Below, one piece after another: positions 8,876 to 20,476 of a stretch of 64,000 nucleotides of DNA. The first letter of the stretch is position 1, and the number at the start of each line of letters is the position of its first letter. Source of the DNA: Patescibacteria group bacterium (GTDB lineage: Bacteria > Patescibacteriota > Patescibacteriia > UBA1558 > S5-K13). The position numbers and the translations under genes are program-made. The stretch is from positions 1,365 to 65,364 of the forward strand of contig JAQUXC010000001.1 in the NCBI GenBank assembly GCA_028692545.1, read 5' to 3'. The notes below the pieces were generated by a model. It did no database searches and was not told the origin of the DNA. It saw only the letters and a program-made list of their open reading frames with translations.

Positions 8876-9071
8876 GTTATATTGTATATTATTATATAAG
8901 TGATAAACTAAAATTATAATAATTAATATAAAAATACGGTAAGTTTTGAAAATATACTAGAATCTGCTCCACATGGCGTTAGATATCCAGACAAAGAAAA
9001 TTAATAAATACATTAAATATTATATAGAATCCCCTGACAGTAGTCTGGGGATTCTATTTTTCTAAAATTAA

Positions 9072-9097
9072 TGAAATATATTATTTAATAGTGCGTA
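9072..9097 (+). promoter_or_regulatory. ECF (SigW-like) promoter
   Basis: TGAAAT-N16-CGTA just upstream of the ECF sigma gene; B. subtilis SigW consensus is TGAAAC-N16-CGTA. Confidence 0.6.
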
Positions 9098-9127
9098 TTA
9101 TAAAATATCAGTGTATAATGATAATTG

Positions 9128-9688
9128 ATGCTAGATTGTGAGACAAAAAATGATGTAGAATTGGTAAAACTTGTTTTAAAAGACCAAGATTATTTTTCGT
9201 GCCTTATGAAAAGGTATGAAACAAAACTTATAAATTATATAAGAAGAATATCAAATTTTTCACTTGAAGATGCTGAGGATATTTTACAAGAAGTTTTTAT
9301 GAAGGTTTATCAAAATTTGAATAATTTTGATGAGAGTTTCAAGTTTTCATCTTGGATATATAGTATTACTCACAATGAAGTAATAAGTCATTTTAGAAAA
9401 ACTAAATCTCGCCCACAAAAATTTGATTTGGATATAAAAGACGATATTTTAGAAAATATTATTTCCGATATGAATGTAGAGAAAGATGCTGATAATAATA
9501 TTTTAAAAGAAAGGATAAAAAAAGTTTTTTCTAATATGAATATAAAGTATAGAGAGGTTTTGATTTTGAAATTTATTGAAGGCAATGATTACAATGAAAT
9601 ATCAGATATTATAAAAAAACCAAAGGGTACTGTAGGTACTCTTATAAATAGAGCAAAAAAACAATTTCAAGATAAATTTAAAAACTAG
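9128..9688 (+). CDS. ECF RNA polymerase sigma factor
   Basis: DAEDILQEVFMKVYQNL..FD...KFSSWIY.I.HN (region 2) and Y.EISDI...PKGTVGTLINRAK (region 4). Confidence 0.93.
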   Translation: MLDCETKNDVELVKLVLKDQDYFSCLMKRYETKLINYIRRISNFSLEDAEDILQEVFMKVYQNLNNFDESFKFSSWIYSITHNEVISHFRKTKSRPQKFDLDIKDDILENIISDMNVEKDADNNILKERIKKVFSNMNIKYREVLILKFIEGNDYNEISDIIKKPKGTVGTLINRAKKQFQDKFKN

Positions 9689-9698
9689 AATAAATTTT

Positions 9699-10475
9699 AT
9701 GGGAAATATAATACAGAAAGTTCTGGACAAAATAAAAAGTAGTAAAATAACACCAAAACCAAGATGGATTTTTGTTGCTAGAAATATCTTTTATTGGTTT
9801 TTAGCACCAGTATTTTTGATTTTTGGTGGTCTTTCTTTTTCTATTATTATTCATATGTTTTTAAACAATGATTGGGATTTGAGAGCAAGAGTTGGGAGTA
9901 GTCTTTTTGGATTTTTGATAGCAACTTTGCCGTATTTTTGGATTATTCTTTTTGTTTTATTTGTTATTGCGGGGTATTTTTATTTTAGAAGAACAAAATC
10001 AGGTTACAAATATGAATTTTTGAAAACTGTTTTTTATGGTGGACTTATAATAGTTGTATTGGGTATGTTTTTCTATTTTTCAAGATTTGGTGTATATATA
10101 GATAGAAATTTATCAAAGATGGAATTTTATAATAGATTTTCATGTCCAAATGCAAAAATGTGGAATAGACCTGATAAAGGTATTATTTCCGGAGAAGTAA
10201 TTGATTTTGATTCAAATGGAAATATGAGATTTGTAGATATAAATGGAAAACCATGGGATGTGAAGTTTCCAAAAGAAATGCCACCGCATTTTAGGAAAAT
10301 GATTGAGGAAAACAATAATAGAATAAAAATAATAGGTAATAGATTTGATGATGCTCATTTTGATTTAGAATCAATAAGACCTTTTAGATGTGGCTGTATG
10401 ATGGAGGATTGTAATTGTGGAAAAAATGAAAGAAATTTTCCAGATATGCGTAATAATAGTTGTACGCATGATTGA
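9699..10475 (+). CDS. Membrane protein, putative anti-sigma partner, Cys-rich tail
   Basis: Three TM segments, directly downstream of the ECF sigma gene, C-terminal CGCMMEDCNCG. Confidence 0.6.
   Translation: MGNIIQKVLDKIKSSKITPKPRWIFVARNIFYWFLAPVFLIFGGLSFSIIIHMFLNNDWDLRARVGSSLFGFLIATLPYFWIILFVLFVIAGYFYFRRTKSGYKYEFLKTVFYGGLIIVVLGMFFYFSRFGVYIDRNLSKMEFYNRFSCPNAKMWNRPDKGIISGEVIDFDSNGNMRFVDINGKPWDVKFPKEMPPHFRKMIEENNNRIKIIGNRFDDAHFDLESIRPFRCGCMMEDCNCGKNERNFPDMRNNSCTHD
10427..10452 (+). promoter_or_regulatory. Second ECF (SigW-like) promoter
   Basis: TGAAAG-N16-CGTA upstream of the 10510 gene. Confidence 0.55.
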
Positions 10476-10509
10476 GTAGGCCACTCTAATTAAATATTAA
10501 AAAAAAATT

Positions 10510-10992
10510 ATGAAAAAAACTTTATTAGTAGCTGTTTTGGGTTTAATTCTTACAATGGGTATAGTATCTCTAATAAATGCTCAACAGACAAATGGTTCCA
10601 AAAATTTTGAAAAATCAAATTTTTTCCCAGGAAGAAATGAAGATGTAAAAAAAGCAATTGAAAATAATGATTACGCCACTTGGAAATCTTTAATGGCTAA
10701 TAAGCCAATGTCAGAAAAAATTAATGAATCAAATTTTGCAAAATTTTCAGAAATGCATAAACTTATCCAAGCAAACGATGCTGAAGGAGCAAAAAAGATA
10801 GCAGAAGAATTAGGAATAAATTCTAGAATGGGAAATGGATTCAAAATGAAAGGACAAGGGCAGGGAAAAGGCTGTGGATGTGCAAATGGTGACGCAACAA
10901 AACAATGTGGATGTTCTGAGAGTGGTACCTGTGGTCAGTTTATAGATGAAAATAAAGATGGACAATGTGATAAACGTAATAATATACAATAA
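10510..10992 (+). CDS. Secreted protein with Cys/Gly-rich and EF-hand-like C-terminus
   Basis: Signal peptide; GCGC...CGC...CGQFIDENKDGQCD. Confidence 0.7.
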   Translation: MKKTLLVAVLGLILTMGIVSLINAQQTNGSKNFEKSNFFPGRNEDVKKAIENNDYATWKSLMANKPMSEKINESNFAKFSEMHKLIQANDAEGAKKIAEELGINSRMGNGFKMKGQGQGKGCGCANGDATKQCGCSESGTCGQFIDENKDGQCDKRNNIQ

Positions 10993-11061
10993 TAAAAAAA
11001 TCACTTTATTAAACAAAACCTCTATTTAGAAATATTATAGAGGTTTTGTTTTTTATTGAAT

Positions 11062-11685
11062 TTAATTTGATTTTTTAAAAATATTTTTTATTAATATAAA
11101 AGTAAATTGTAGTATTATATTTGTAATAATAAGACCTATTAAAAGTATTCCAATATTTTCAAGAGGTTGCCATTTTATAAAAAATAAAATTATCAAAATA
11201 GGCCAAATATTTTTTAGATCTTGTAGTGATGGACCTATCATTGCACCAATATTTAATGATAATAAAATTAGTATCCAGCTTTGCCACTCGTTTAATTTTA
11301 TTTGAGAAATTATATTTAATGGTATAATAATTAGATCTTTGAAGTTGGTTATTTCTTGAATGTTTAAATAGTTGTCTAGTAAAAATTTATTTATCAAATA
11401 TAAAAATAGAAAACCACCGAGCGTAGGTGCGAGAGAAATAAATAATTGTCCTAATATTGGAATCTTTGATTTGTAGTGAGATACTTTTGGCTGTCTAGAA
11501 AATATTTTGAATTCTTTTATTTCTGCTCCAGTCAATATACATGCTATCGCATGAGATGTTTCATGTATAAATGCTCCGACAAAATAAAATATTGTTGTAA
11601 TAGTGTTGTTTAGATATTTGTTATTTAAAAAATTACTAAAATATCCAAGTATAGTTATAATAATAATTATTAATCCTATATTCAT
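11062..11685 (-). CDS. M50-like membrane metallopeptidase
   Basis: IHETSHAIAC (HExxH), ISLAP, PS.QDL; multiple TM segments. Confidence 0.7.
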   Translation of the reverse strand: MNIGLIIIIITILGYFSNFLNNKYLNNTITTIFYFVGAFIHETSHAIACILTGAEIKEFKIFSRQPKVSHYKSKIPILGQLFISLAPTLGGFLFLYLINKFLLDNYLNIQEITNFKDLIIIPLNIISQIKLNEWQSWILILLSLNIGAMIGPSLQDLKNIWPILIILFFIKWQPLENIGILLIGLIITNIILQFTFILIKNIFKKSN

Positions 11686-11770
11686 TTATTTATATTTAAT
11701 TATTCGCTATAATAAGTATATCACTCTTGACTTTAATTTTATATTTGATTAACTTAATTATACAAAATAT

Positions 11771-12328
11771 ATGTTTCAAAAGCACGCAGGCGGTACACAG
11801 CTTTTAAATCCAAAAGAAATATTGGAGAAAATAGTTGGTTTAGGATATGGAGACCATGTAGGTGGACTGGGCTGTGGTCCAAAAGCATATTTTGTCTTTC
11901 AGGCAGCAAGAATAGTTGGAGACAGGGGTTTGGTATATGCTGTGGATATACTAAAAGATGTGTTGTCATCAGTTGAAAGTCATATAAAAATTCAGGGATT
12001 ATCTAATGTTAAGTTGGTTTGGAGTAATTTAGAGTCATATGGTGCTACAAAGATTCCTGAAAGTTCATTGGATTTAGCTATGTTTGTAAATGTTCTCTTT
12101 GAATCATCAGATGTAGCTAGTATGCTTAAAGAAGGTATAAGACTTACAAAGAAAAGCGGAAAAATACTTGTCGTGGATTGGAAAACAATTGGTGCCCCAT
12201 TGGGCCCTAAACCTGATCATAGAATAAAATCATCTTATGTGAAGGAAATATTAGAAGCATATGGATTAAAATTAGAAAGTGAGTTTGACGCTGGTCAATA
12301 TCATTTTGGATTATTATTTAGAAAATAA
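11771..12328 (+). CDS. Class I SAM-dependent methyltransferase
   Basis: LGCG, ARIVG..G.VYAVDI, ILVVDW...PLGP. Confidence 0.85.
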   Translation: MFQKHAGGTQLLNPKEILEKIVGLGYGDHVGGLGCGPKAYFVFQAARIVGDRGLVYAVDILKDVLSSVESHIKIQGLSNVKLVWSNLESYGATKIPESSLDLAMFVNVLFESSDVASMLKEGIRLTKKSGKILVVDWKTIGAPLGPKPDHRIKSSYVKEILEAYGLKLESEFDAGQYHFGLLFRK

Positions 12329-12332
12329 AATT

Positions 12333-12752
12333 ATGATTTCTTTTTTGAGTGCAGAATATCTTTTTGACGCATACCCACCCGCAATAAGTAGAGGAGCTTT
12401 TTTCTATTCGTTGGGTTTTCTTTTTTTATGTATTATATTTGCAATATTGTTACAATATTTTTTTATAAAACATAAAAAGCCAATCTTTAATAGAAAATTT
12501 GATAAATATGAAAAAGAATTAGAAAAAAAGTTGGTAGATTTGCTGTTTACATTTGGTTTGATAGGTATATTTTTATTATTTTTTAGAAAAATAAGGGTTC
12601 CATATTTTCAGATGAGATTTATAATGATGTTTTGGCTAGGTACTGTATTTGTATGGTTTTCCAGTATTTTACAGAATTACCTTACAAAAGTACCAGAATC
12701 AAGAGCATTAGATGAAAAGCAGAGAAAATATGAGAAGTATTTAGAAAAATAA
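12333..12752 (+). CDS. Membrane protein (CPR-type hypothetical)
   Basis: Three TM helices, C-terminal KYEKYL. Start moved to ATG 12333. Confidence 0.7.
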   Translation: MISFLSAEYLFDAYPPAISRGAFFYSLGFLFLCIIFAILLQYFFIKHKKPIFNRKFDKYEKELEKKLVDLLFTFGLIGIFLLFFRKIRVPYFQMRFIMMFWLGTVFVWFSSILQNYLTKVPESRALDEKQRKYEKYLEK

Positions 12753-12797
12753 ATCTAGAAAATAATATATAATAAGGGTCACATTTATGCGACCTTT

Positions 12798-13145
12798 ATG
12801 TTTTATAAAAATAAAATAGGAAAATTTGGACAGAAAATAGCTATATATTATCTTAAAAATAAAGCACATAAAATTATTGCAGAAAATATATACTTTAGAG
12901 GTGGTGAAATAGATATATTAACAGAAAAAGATGGTATTTTGAGATTTGTAGAGGTAAAAACTAGAACAAACTTGGAATTTGGATATCCGGAAGAATCTAT
13001 TTCAAAAAGAAAGTTAGAACATTTAAAAAGAGCTATTGATGCTTATATTTTGGAAAATAATATAGAAAAGCAGTATAATTTAGAGTTTGTAGGAGTGTTA
13101 TTGAGTGGTAAAAATGCAAGAATAAAGCATATTATCATTGACTAA
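12798..13145 (+). CDS. YraN family endonuclease-like protein
   Basis: G..G...A..YL, GEIDI, FVEVKTR....FGYPEESI...K. Confidence 0.9.
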   Translation: MFYKNKIGKFGQKIAIYYLKNKAHKIIAENIYFRGGEIDILTEKDGILRFVEVKTRTNLEFGYPEESISKRKLEHLKRAIDAYILENNIEKQYNLEFVGVLLSGKNARIKHIIID

Positions 13146-13191
13146 TATATAATTATCAATTATAATATCATATTACATATAGGAGGTAATA

Positions 13192-13647
13192 ATGAAAGCA
13201 GGTATAGTTCATCATCTGGGTGAATATGTAGATAGGTGTTCTAGATTTTTTGAGAAAGAGATCAAAGGTGGTTATGCCTATTTTTATGTAGGTAATAAGT
13301 CTGGTGGACAAATCTTTGATTTTTTTAGTAAAGATGTGTCAAATGGAGCTTATTCACAACTACTGGCGTTTATGGGATTTGTGCATGAATTTCGCAAGGG
13401 CATGCATAAAAAAAACGTCACCTTCTCCTTTGGCTCTGTGGATGTGTTGATTTATGGAATAAGTAATAAAAACCATAAGAGAGCTATGGCTGTGGTTATT
13501 TTGGCTGCATATGCAAAAATAGTCTCGAATAAAAATGTCTTTACAGAGATTCTTCAGCAGGCAGCCAAAATTGCTCAAAACAACAACAGGATGGAGGAGT
13601 TGATAATCCATGTGTTTGGAGAAGATCCATTTGCATGGATGGACTAA
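13192..13647 (+). CDS. Hypothetical protein (strong-SD orphan class)
   Basis: TTGACT-N17-TATAAT promoter, AGGAGG SD, terminator at about 13661-13692. Confidence 0.7.
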   Translation: MKAGIVHHLGEYVDRCSRFFEKEIKGGYAYFYVGNKSGGQIFDFFSKDVSNGAYSQLLAFMGFVHEFRKGMHKKNVTFSFGSVDVLIYGISNKNHKRAMAVVILAAYAKIVSNKNVFTEILQQAAKIAQNNNRMEELIIHVFGEDPFAWMD

Positions 13648-13804
13648 TATTTTTAAAACTGAGAGGTTTTGCTTTGTGCAGAACCTCTCTTTGTATTTTT
13701 CCACATTTTATACCCATTTTCAGTATATTTTTCAAGTTGACAAATTTTGTAGAAGTAATAAGGTAATATATACTGAGTGACTTAAATATTAATAAATTAG
13801 GCCT

Positions 13805-14743
13805 ATGAAAAAAATAGCTTTGATTTTCAGAAAGACCATATTTTTATCTATGGTTTTGTTTTTGTTTTTCGTGGTTACTAATTTTGCTAAAGCATCTGAG
13901 ACAAATTATGACTTAGAATTTAGTAAAGAATGTAGCTTGAGAAACTGTACGGTTCCTGTTCCAACACTAGATAAACCAAATAATCAAACATTTTATTTTG
14001 ATGAAAAATTTTATCTTACAGGACTTACTTGGAACGATACTGAAATAGATATTTATGTAAATGGTAAGTATAAAGGATCTGCTACTGTTGTAAATGATGA
14101 AAATAGTGATATTGCAAATTTTTATTTTTCTGTTGATGAAAAAACATTATCTAAAGGTGATCAAAATTGGGAAGTCATTGCTTGGTCAAAAAATAGATAT
14201 GATAGAAGTTTTGTTTCTCAAAAAAATAAGTTTGAAATTCAATTAAGACCAGCATCAATTGTAAATCCAATTTTGGATAACAAAATTCCGGAGATTATTC
14301 CAGAAAGTGAAATAATATCTGATGATTCTACAAGTGTTGCTGAGACTGATAACTCAGATTCAAATAATATTAATGTTGAGATAGTAGAATCTGTTGATAC
14401 TGAAACTAGCTCCTCTACAAATGTTACTATAGTTGGTGATGAAATTCCTGGAAATGTTGTTGTAAATACAGCAACTAGTTCAGATGGAAGTGTTAATATA
14501 ATAGAATCTGATGAAAGTAATAAAGATATCTCTGCAATTAGCGAGAAACAAGAAATAGATAATACTGATTCAGAGACAATACAACCGGCAACTCCAAGTG
14601 AAGTTGAAAAAGATATTGTGAAAGACGATTTAGATCTATCCAACAATCAAACGAAAAATAAAAAATTGGGAATTTTTCTTTTGTTTGTGCTTGTCGTGGT
14701 TGTAATATTTACTACTGTTGTAACGAAGAAAAAAAAGGATTGA
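13805..14743 (+). CDS. Surface protein: signal peptide, Ig-like domain, acidic S/T-rich linker, C-terminal membrane anchor
   Basis: N-terminal signal peptide, low-complexity D/E/S/T stalk, C-terminal TM followed by KKKKD. Confidence 0.7.
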   Translation: MKKIALIFRKTIFLSMVLFLFFVVTNFAKASETNYDLEFSKECSLRNCTVPVPTLDKPNNQTFYFDEKFYLTGLTWNDTEIDIYVNGKYKGSATVVNDENSDIANFYFSVDEKTLSKGDQNWEVIAWSKNRYDRSFVSQKNKFEIQLRPASIVNPILDNKIPEIIPESEIISDDSTSVAETDNSDSNNINVEIVESVDTETSSSTNVTIVGDEIPGNVVVNTATSSDGSVNIIESDESNKDISAISEKQEIDNTDSETIQPATPSEVEKDIVKDDLDLSNNQTKNKKLGIFLLFVLVVVVIFTTVVTKKKKD

Positions 14744-14817
14744 TATTTTAGATTATTCAAAAAAAGGTCTAACTAGTTGTGTTAGACCTTTTTTGTTTAT
14801 AGTTTTTAAATCTTTAG

Positions 14818-15273
14818 TTATATTATATGTTTTGTATTAGATTTTTTGGATGATATAAGTATATATACTATTATAGATATGCTTATGTATATATCTGCAA
14901 AATTTATAATAGAAAGGCTAAATATTTCTAAAAAATCTATTACTCCATTATAATATATCCTATCAATCAAATTACTAAAAGCTCCTATTATTATAACTCC
15001 GATTAAAAATGATTTTGTATATTCATGTTTCTTTATATGTTTTATGAATATAGAGTTTAATATTATAATTATTATAATTGTTAGTATTTCAATAATTATT
15101 TGATTTATTTTTAAACCAAATGCTATACCTGTATTTTGTGTAAAATGTAGTGATAATAATTTATTAAAATAAACTCCACTTTTATGGAGTTTATTTATCG
15201 CTAAGTATTTTGTAATTCTATCTAGTAGAAAAAGTAAAAATAATAATATAAATATTTTTGTACTTTTTTTCAT
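14818..15273 (-). CDS. lspA: Lipoprotein signal peptidase II
   Basis: D.ITK, NTGIAFG, GAFSNLIDR, GVIDF, NFADIYI. Start moved to MKKSTK. Confidence 0.9.
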   Translation of the reverse strand: MKKSTKIFILLFLLFLLDRITKYLAINKLHKSGVYFNKLLSLHFTQNTGIAFGLKINQIIIEILTIIIIIILNSIFIKHIKKHEYTKSFLIGVIIIGAFSNLIDRIYYNGVIDFLEIFSLSIINFADIYISISIIVYILISSKKSNTKHII

Positions 15274-15274
15274 T

Positions 15275-15637
15275 TTATAAACTTTTTCTTTTGCATTCCA
15301 TACATTTTGTAGCCGTTGGAAAAACCATACATCTTTTTTCATCTATTGGTTTGCCACATTTTTCACAAGTTCCATAAGTACCTTTTTTTATTCTCTCTAA
15401 CGCTTCATCTACTTTATTTAATGATTTTTCAAGTGTTTTTTCTAGATACAAATCACTTTCAAAATCTGCAACCTCTGAGGCGTTTTCATCTTCGTGTTCT
15501 CCGTAATTTGGAAACTTTGCATCATAGTCATTGTCAGCATTGTCATTTTTGTCAGCGAAACTCTCAAGTTGCTTTATTAATTCTTCTTTTTCTTGTAGTA
15601 ATTTTTCTTGTATTTTATCTAATGTTTTTTTATCCAT
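15275..15637 (-). CDS. TraR/DksA family C4 zinc-finger protein
   Basis: ALERI..GTYGTCEKCG..I...R....P.A..CMEC. Confidence 0.9.
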   Translation of the reverse strand: MDKKTLDKIQEKLLQEKEELIKQLESFADKNDNADNDYDAKFPNYGEHEDENASEVADFESDLYLEKTLEKSLNKVDEALERIKKGTYGTCEKCGKPIDEKRCMVFPTATKCMECKRKSL

Positions 15638-15761
15638 GTGTTTTATATGTTATTTAAAAAGTATAATTATTATATTTGGCTAGTGCTTTTTTGTCAATGG
15701 CTTATATATAAACAAAAAACAGGAGCAATGCAGTTGCTCCTGTTTTTATACCTAATAATTT

Positions 15762-16043
15762 TTATAATACAGCTTCTTTTGCTGCTTTTGCTAATCTGAA
15801 TTTTACTACTGTTTTTGCAGGAATTGTAATTTTAGCTCCTGTTGCTGGATTTACTCCTTGTCTTTCTTTTCTTTTTGCTTTTACCATTTTACCAAATCCT
15901 GGTAAAACAAATTCTCCGTTTGTTTTTACTTCTTTGTATGCTAGTTCAACAAGAGTTTCCATGAATGCTACTACATCCTTTTTTGGTAATCCTGTCTTTT
16001 CTGCTAGCACAGTCATTAGCTGTGACTTTGTCATTTTTGCCAT
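15762..16043 (-). CDS. hup: HU family DNA-binding protein
   Basis: MTKSQL...LAEK, LPGFGK, R.G.NPATG..I.IPAK..VKFR. Start at MAKMTK. Confidence 0.93.
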   Translation of the reverse strand: MAKMTKSQLMTVLAEKTGLPKKDVVAFMETLVELAYKEVKTNGEFVLPGFGKMVKAKRKERQGVNPATGAKITIPAKTVVKFRLAKAAKEAVL

Positions 16044-16160
16044 TTTATTTAACTTAATGATTAGTTTTGCCCAATATTCATGGGCACATTTATTATACCA
16101 CTTTCTAATTATATGATAAATAGAGGGTTTTGTTAAGTGCAAAAAAATTATAGTCCATTT

Positions 16161-16646
16161 TTAAAGTATTTTATGGATCATTTTGTAAACTTTTTCATTT
16201 ATATCAATGAATTTTTCTTTTTTTATGTTTTTTATATTTATCCAGACCAATTTATTTATTCCAATTTCTTCATATTCATCTGCAAATTTTCTTATTATTT
16301 TTTCTTTACTTGATATTTTACATTTATAAAAAAACATATGAGAGTGCCATGCTTCATCCCCCTCCTTAAAATAAAAAAAATTTTCAAACAAAGCTACTAA
16401 TTCTTTTATTTTTAAATTTTTTATATTTGTTTCTTCCTCTACCTCTCTTTTTAAGGCTTTCTCAATTGTTTCTCCAATTTCTATGCCACCACCAGGAAAC
16501 CATAGTTTTCCAGATTTACTTTCTGTCAAAAGAACTTCATTTTTTTTATTTAATATAATAGCATAAACACCAGGTCTAAATGTGAATTTGGATATAGGAA
16601 ATTTTACAGTTTTTCCATGGTTGTTTTTGCATGTTATGGTTTTCAT
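16161..16646 (-). CDS. NUDIX hydrolase
   Basis: FPGGGIEIGETIEKALKREVEEET. Confidence 0.9.
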   Translation of the reverse strand: MKTITCKNNHGKTVKFPISKFTFRPGVYAIILNKKNEVLLTESKSGKLWFPGGGIEIGETIEKALKREVEEETNIKNLKIKELVALFENFFYFKEGDEAWHSHMFFYKCKISSKEKIIRKFADEYEEIGINKLVWINIKNIKKEKFIDINEKVYKMIHKIL

Positions 16647-16716
16647 ATTTTTATATTAATTATTCGTAATATTATCACTTTAAAATTTTTTGGTAAATAA
16701 AAATAAGTGTATTATC

Positions 16717-17283
16717 CTATTGTTTTTTTAATTTTGTTTTATATTTTTTTGTAAACAATATTAATAATATGAAGATTAAAATTATTATTCCTGTGTCAAT
16801 AAGTATGATTGAAAAAAAAATATATTTTTGTTTTATATAATTAGAATCAAAATCTATCGGCAAAACACCAGATCCTAAACTTATTAAATCTTCTTGTGCA
16901 TTAGTAAGAAGTTTGGTTCTGCTACAAATATTGGTGTTTAATTTGTTTTCTTTATCATATGCATAAACAATATATTCTTCGTTTTGTTCGAAAGGATATC
17001 CGCAACTTGCTTGATCTCTTGCGGTTGTTAAAATAATTATTTTATAATTAGGTCCTTTCCAGATTTGTGAAACTTCAAATGTAATTTTTATAGGATCAGA
17101 ACTTTCAATAAATATTTTTTTTGGTATATCTATATTAATAACCTTACCAACAAAAACAGAAGTAGCTTGTTTGAGTGACTCTTCTGGTGAAAGTGGTTGA
17201 ATACATGAACAAGCACTAACAATAGTTGTGTTTACAAAAAATAAAGGTCCAATGATAAATGATAGTAAGATTATTTTTTTCAT
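16717..17283 (-). CDS. Secreted/membrane-anchored TIMP/NTR-like (CSC motif) protein
   Basis: Signal peptide-ACSC, VFVGKV, FEVSQIWKG, SCGYPF...EYIVY, CSRT, C-terminal TM. Confidence 0.75.
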   Translation of the reverse strand: MKKIILLSFIIGPLFFVNTTIVSACSCIQPLSPEESLKQATSVFVGKVINIDIPKKIFIESSDPIKITFEVSQIWKGPNYKIIILTTARDQASCGYPFEQNEEYIVYAYDKENKLNTNICSRTKLLTNAQEDLISLGSGVLPIDFDSNYIKQKYIFFSIILIDTGIIILIFILLILFTKKYKTKLKKQ

Positions 17284-17518
17284 ATCATAAGTATTATTAA
17301 ATAATAGCAGTTAATATTTTTTTGTAAAACAAAAAATCACTAATAAATAGTGACCCTTTATGTTTTACATCTTCGTTTATCTCAATCTAATTGAGCTAAG
17401 TTCGATGGTCGGGGTGATCTCGTCATACGCATGCCATGGCGACATGTCGTGAACGGGGCCGGCCTTATTCTTCCAATAATTTTTAAAATAAAAATAACCC
17501 ATATAGAGTTATATTTAA

Positions 17519-17595
17519 TGGTCGGGGTGAGAGGACTCGAACCTCCGGCCTCATGCTCCCAAAGCACGCGCGCTAGCCAACTGCGCCACACCCCG
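17519..17595 (-). tRNA. tRNA-Pro(TGG)
   Basis: Reverse strand CGGGGTG...CGTGC-TTTGGGA-GCATG...CACCCCGACCA. Confidence 0.95.
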
Positions 17596-17691
17596 AATTT
17601 AATTTTGAATTATGAATTTTGAATAAATTAGTTAATTAATGAATTTCTAAATTTATTCATCATTTGAAACTTATTATTCTAAATTGTTTAT

Positions 17692-17766
17692 TGGTGCCGC
17701 GGGGCGGAATTGAACCACCGACACGAGGATTTTCAGTCCTCTGCTCTACCACTGAGCTACCGCGGC
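17692..17766 (-). tRNA. tRNA-Phe(GAA)
   Basis: GAGGA-CTGAAAA-TCCTC anticodon arm, CCA end. Confidence 0.95.
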
Positions 17767-17813
17767 TTGATAAATTTTTTTCTAATTTTTATTTTTTATT
17801 ATTTTTATTTACT

Positions 17814-17912
17814 GTCCATCTACGCTAAGGCTTCGATGGATCATTCTTCTCTCTTCTTTGAAGAGTCGAATGGCGTAGCCATTCGAAGTTCCGCTCCGCG
17901 GAACGAAGAATG
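17814..17912. repeat. Composite nested REP-like palindrome abutting the tRNA-Ile 3' end
   Basis: GTCCATC-TACGCTAAGGCTTC-GATGGAT + CATTCTTC[nested hairpins]GAAGAATG. Same layout at 22214-22264. Confidence 0.7.
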
Positions 17913-17987
17913 GTGGGCGCACCAAGAGTTGAACTTGGGACCTCAACATTATCAGTGTTGCGCTCTAACCAACTGAGCTATGCGCCC
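17911..17987 (-). tRNA. tRNA-Ile(GAT)
   Basis: CAACA-CTGATAA-TGTTG anticodon arm; lies downstream of the 16S gene. Confidence 0.95.
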
Positions 17988-18186
17988 AACAATTACAAAA
18001 TAATTTTCTTTCAATAAAAAAACTCCTTTTTGAACCCCTTATATTACTTTATAACTAATTTTAATAGAATAAATTTTAGGAGTCAATAAAAGGAGTTTTC
18101 CCTTAACAACTAAATTGTGGCAGAAATTTCATCGAGCTAAGCCCGATGACCGATCTAATTGATTCGTGAGAATCAATTGACTCCTT

Positions 18187-19680
<1,494 letters not shown>

Positions 19681-19918
19681 GGAATATTTTTGTGAAAAAT
19701 ATTCAAAAACTTATAAGTGAAAAAATTTCCTTATCTTTAGCTTTCTGCCACAATTTAATTGTCAAGTTGCGAAATTTTTATTATACAAATACTTTATTGC
19801 GTAAAAAAAATTAATATAGAATAAAAATATCTATATAGTAAAATAATATTATACCTTTTCAAGAAACATGTCAATACTTATTATTGATTTTTTTGTTGAT
19901 AAGTGAGAATATTAAATT

Positions 19919-20374
19919 ATGTCTATAATAAGCTATAAAATAAGGGAATTAGAGTATAGTGATCTTGATTTAGAAAAGGGGTTTTTTTATACTTTAGGAA
20001 ATTTAACAGATTCTCCTATTTTGGATTTAGAAAAATCAAAAAAAATATATGATAAAATAAAATCTCAAGGTACTTATATTTTTGTCGCTGTTTCAGATGA
20101 TGAGCAAATAGTTGGTAGTATTTCATTATTGTTAGAGCAAAAATTTATTCATGGTGGATCTATAGTTGGCCATATAGAAGATGTTGTAACAAGAAAAGGG
20201 TATGAAGGAAATGGAATAGCGAGTGCATTGTTGAATTGTGCGATAGATTTTGCCAAAGAAAATAAATGTTATAAAGTGATTCTTGATTGTAAAGATGATC
20301 TTATAAAGTTTTATGAAAAATTTGGATTTGAACATTTTAAACACAAAGGAAATTGCATGAGAATTGATTTTTAA
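19919..20374 (+). CDS. GNAT acetyltransferase, glucosamine-6-phosphate N-acetyltransferase (GNA1)-like
   Basis: LLLEQKFIHGGSIVGHIEDVV...G.GIA...CYKVILDC...FYEKFGF matches the GNA1 signature. Confidence 0.85.
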   Translation: MSIISYKIRELEYSDLDLEKGFFYTLGNLTDSPILDLEKSKKIYDKIKSQGTYIFVAVSDDEQIVGSISLLLEQKFIHGGSIVGHIEDVVTRKGYEGNGIASALLNCAIDFAKENKCYKVILDCKDDLIKFYEKFGFEHFKHKGNCMRIDF

Positions 20375-20476
20375 TTAGGTTTTTATTATTGACATAAGTT
20401 TTTAGAAGTGATATTATTTTAAATAATGGATTTCTATAAATCCATTGATGTAAGTTAACAAATAAGCGATAAAGAA

